The notes below the pieces were generated by a model. That model saw only the letters and a program-made list of their open reading frames with translations. It searched no databases and was not told the DNA's origin. DNA of 64,000 nt from an uncultured Oscillospiraceae bacterium (GTDB taxonomy: Bacteria > Bacillota > Clostridia > Christensenellales > Aristaeellaceae). The stretch covers positions 21,939 through 85,938 of the forward strand of contig CAZNPZ010000007.1 in assembly GCA_964575255.1 (NCBI GenBank). Reading direction: 5' to 3'. A program made the position numbers and the translations under genes. Below, piece after piece: positions 63,763 to 64,000 of this stretch (position 1 is the first letter of the stretch; each line of letters begins with the position of its first letter).

Positions 63763-64000
63763 GCGTTCGCCCCCAGCACCGCGGCGCGAACCAACTTGAT
63801 CTTGGGCACGAGTTTGTCGAACGCGTCCGGCGTCAGCGACTGCGGTCCGTCTGACAGCGCGTGTTCGGGGTCGTTGTGCACCTCGATCATCAACCCGTCC
63901 GCGCCGGACGCGACGGATGCCATCGACAGCGGCTCCACGTAGCGGGAGATGCCGATCGCGTGGCTGGGGTCGACCACGATGGGCAGGTGGGTCAGGTGTT
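63759..64000 (-). CDS. aroF: 3-deoxy-7-phosphoheptulonate (DAHP) synthase, C-terminal part (gene continues beyond the window)
   Basis: VDPSHAIG...[24 protein letters not shown] is typical of type I-beta DAHP/KDO8P synthases. Confidence 0.85.
   Translation of the reverse strand, partial: HLTHLPIVVDPSHAIGISRYVEPLSMASVASGADGLMIEVHNDPEHALSDGPQSLTPDAFDKLVPKIKLVRAAVLGANA

Overview
GC-rich, gene-dense chromosomal segment that looks like a spore-forming Clostridia-type Firmicute. This is inferred from spoIIP, pta-ackA, yceD-rpmF, glgC-glgD-glgA and GGAGG-type ribosome-binding sites. No database search was possible, so all family calls come from motifs read by eye in the translations. Most of the window is core metabolism and housekeeping: spoIIP plus a DUF1614 gene; a MacB/FtsX-type ABC operon with an embedded 1058-aa surface protein; azlCD; two L,D-transpeptidase paralogs; pta-ackA-yceD-rpmF; an ECF sigma / anti-sigma / SIMPL unit; tRNA-Leu(CAA); a PfkB sugar kinase next to a frameshifted GntR gene; a CPBP-GNAT-DUF2156 trio; ferritin; a GH31 hydrolase; glgC-glgD-glgA; a stand-alone corrinoid protein divergent from a PocR/AraC regulator; a five-gene Liv-type ABC importer; a two-gene ABC exporter pair; NUDIX, Nim-like and MsrAB genes; and a nine-gene shikimate/aromatic amino acid operon that runs off the right edge. 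The best candidate for an undescribed system is an eight-gene minus-strand operon at 50756..56693. It has its own promoter and terminator and encodes a transglutaminase-like protein, a GspF/PilC-like platform, four small N-terminally anchored proteins without canonical prepilin signals, a PilT-type ATPase as the only motor, and a wHTH-BTAD regulator with a degenerate GGDEF domain. Secondary leads are: a small, visibly more AT-rich islet beside tRNA-Leu holding a 12-Cys 83-aa protein and a diiron ferritin-like protein; a 138-aa basic repeat tail on GlgA; and the orphan corrinoid protein / PocR-AraC pair. No CRISPR array, rRNA, transposase, integrase or prophage module was seen. The many long antisense ORFs in the track are treated as GC-rich shadow ORFs.
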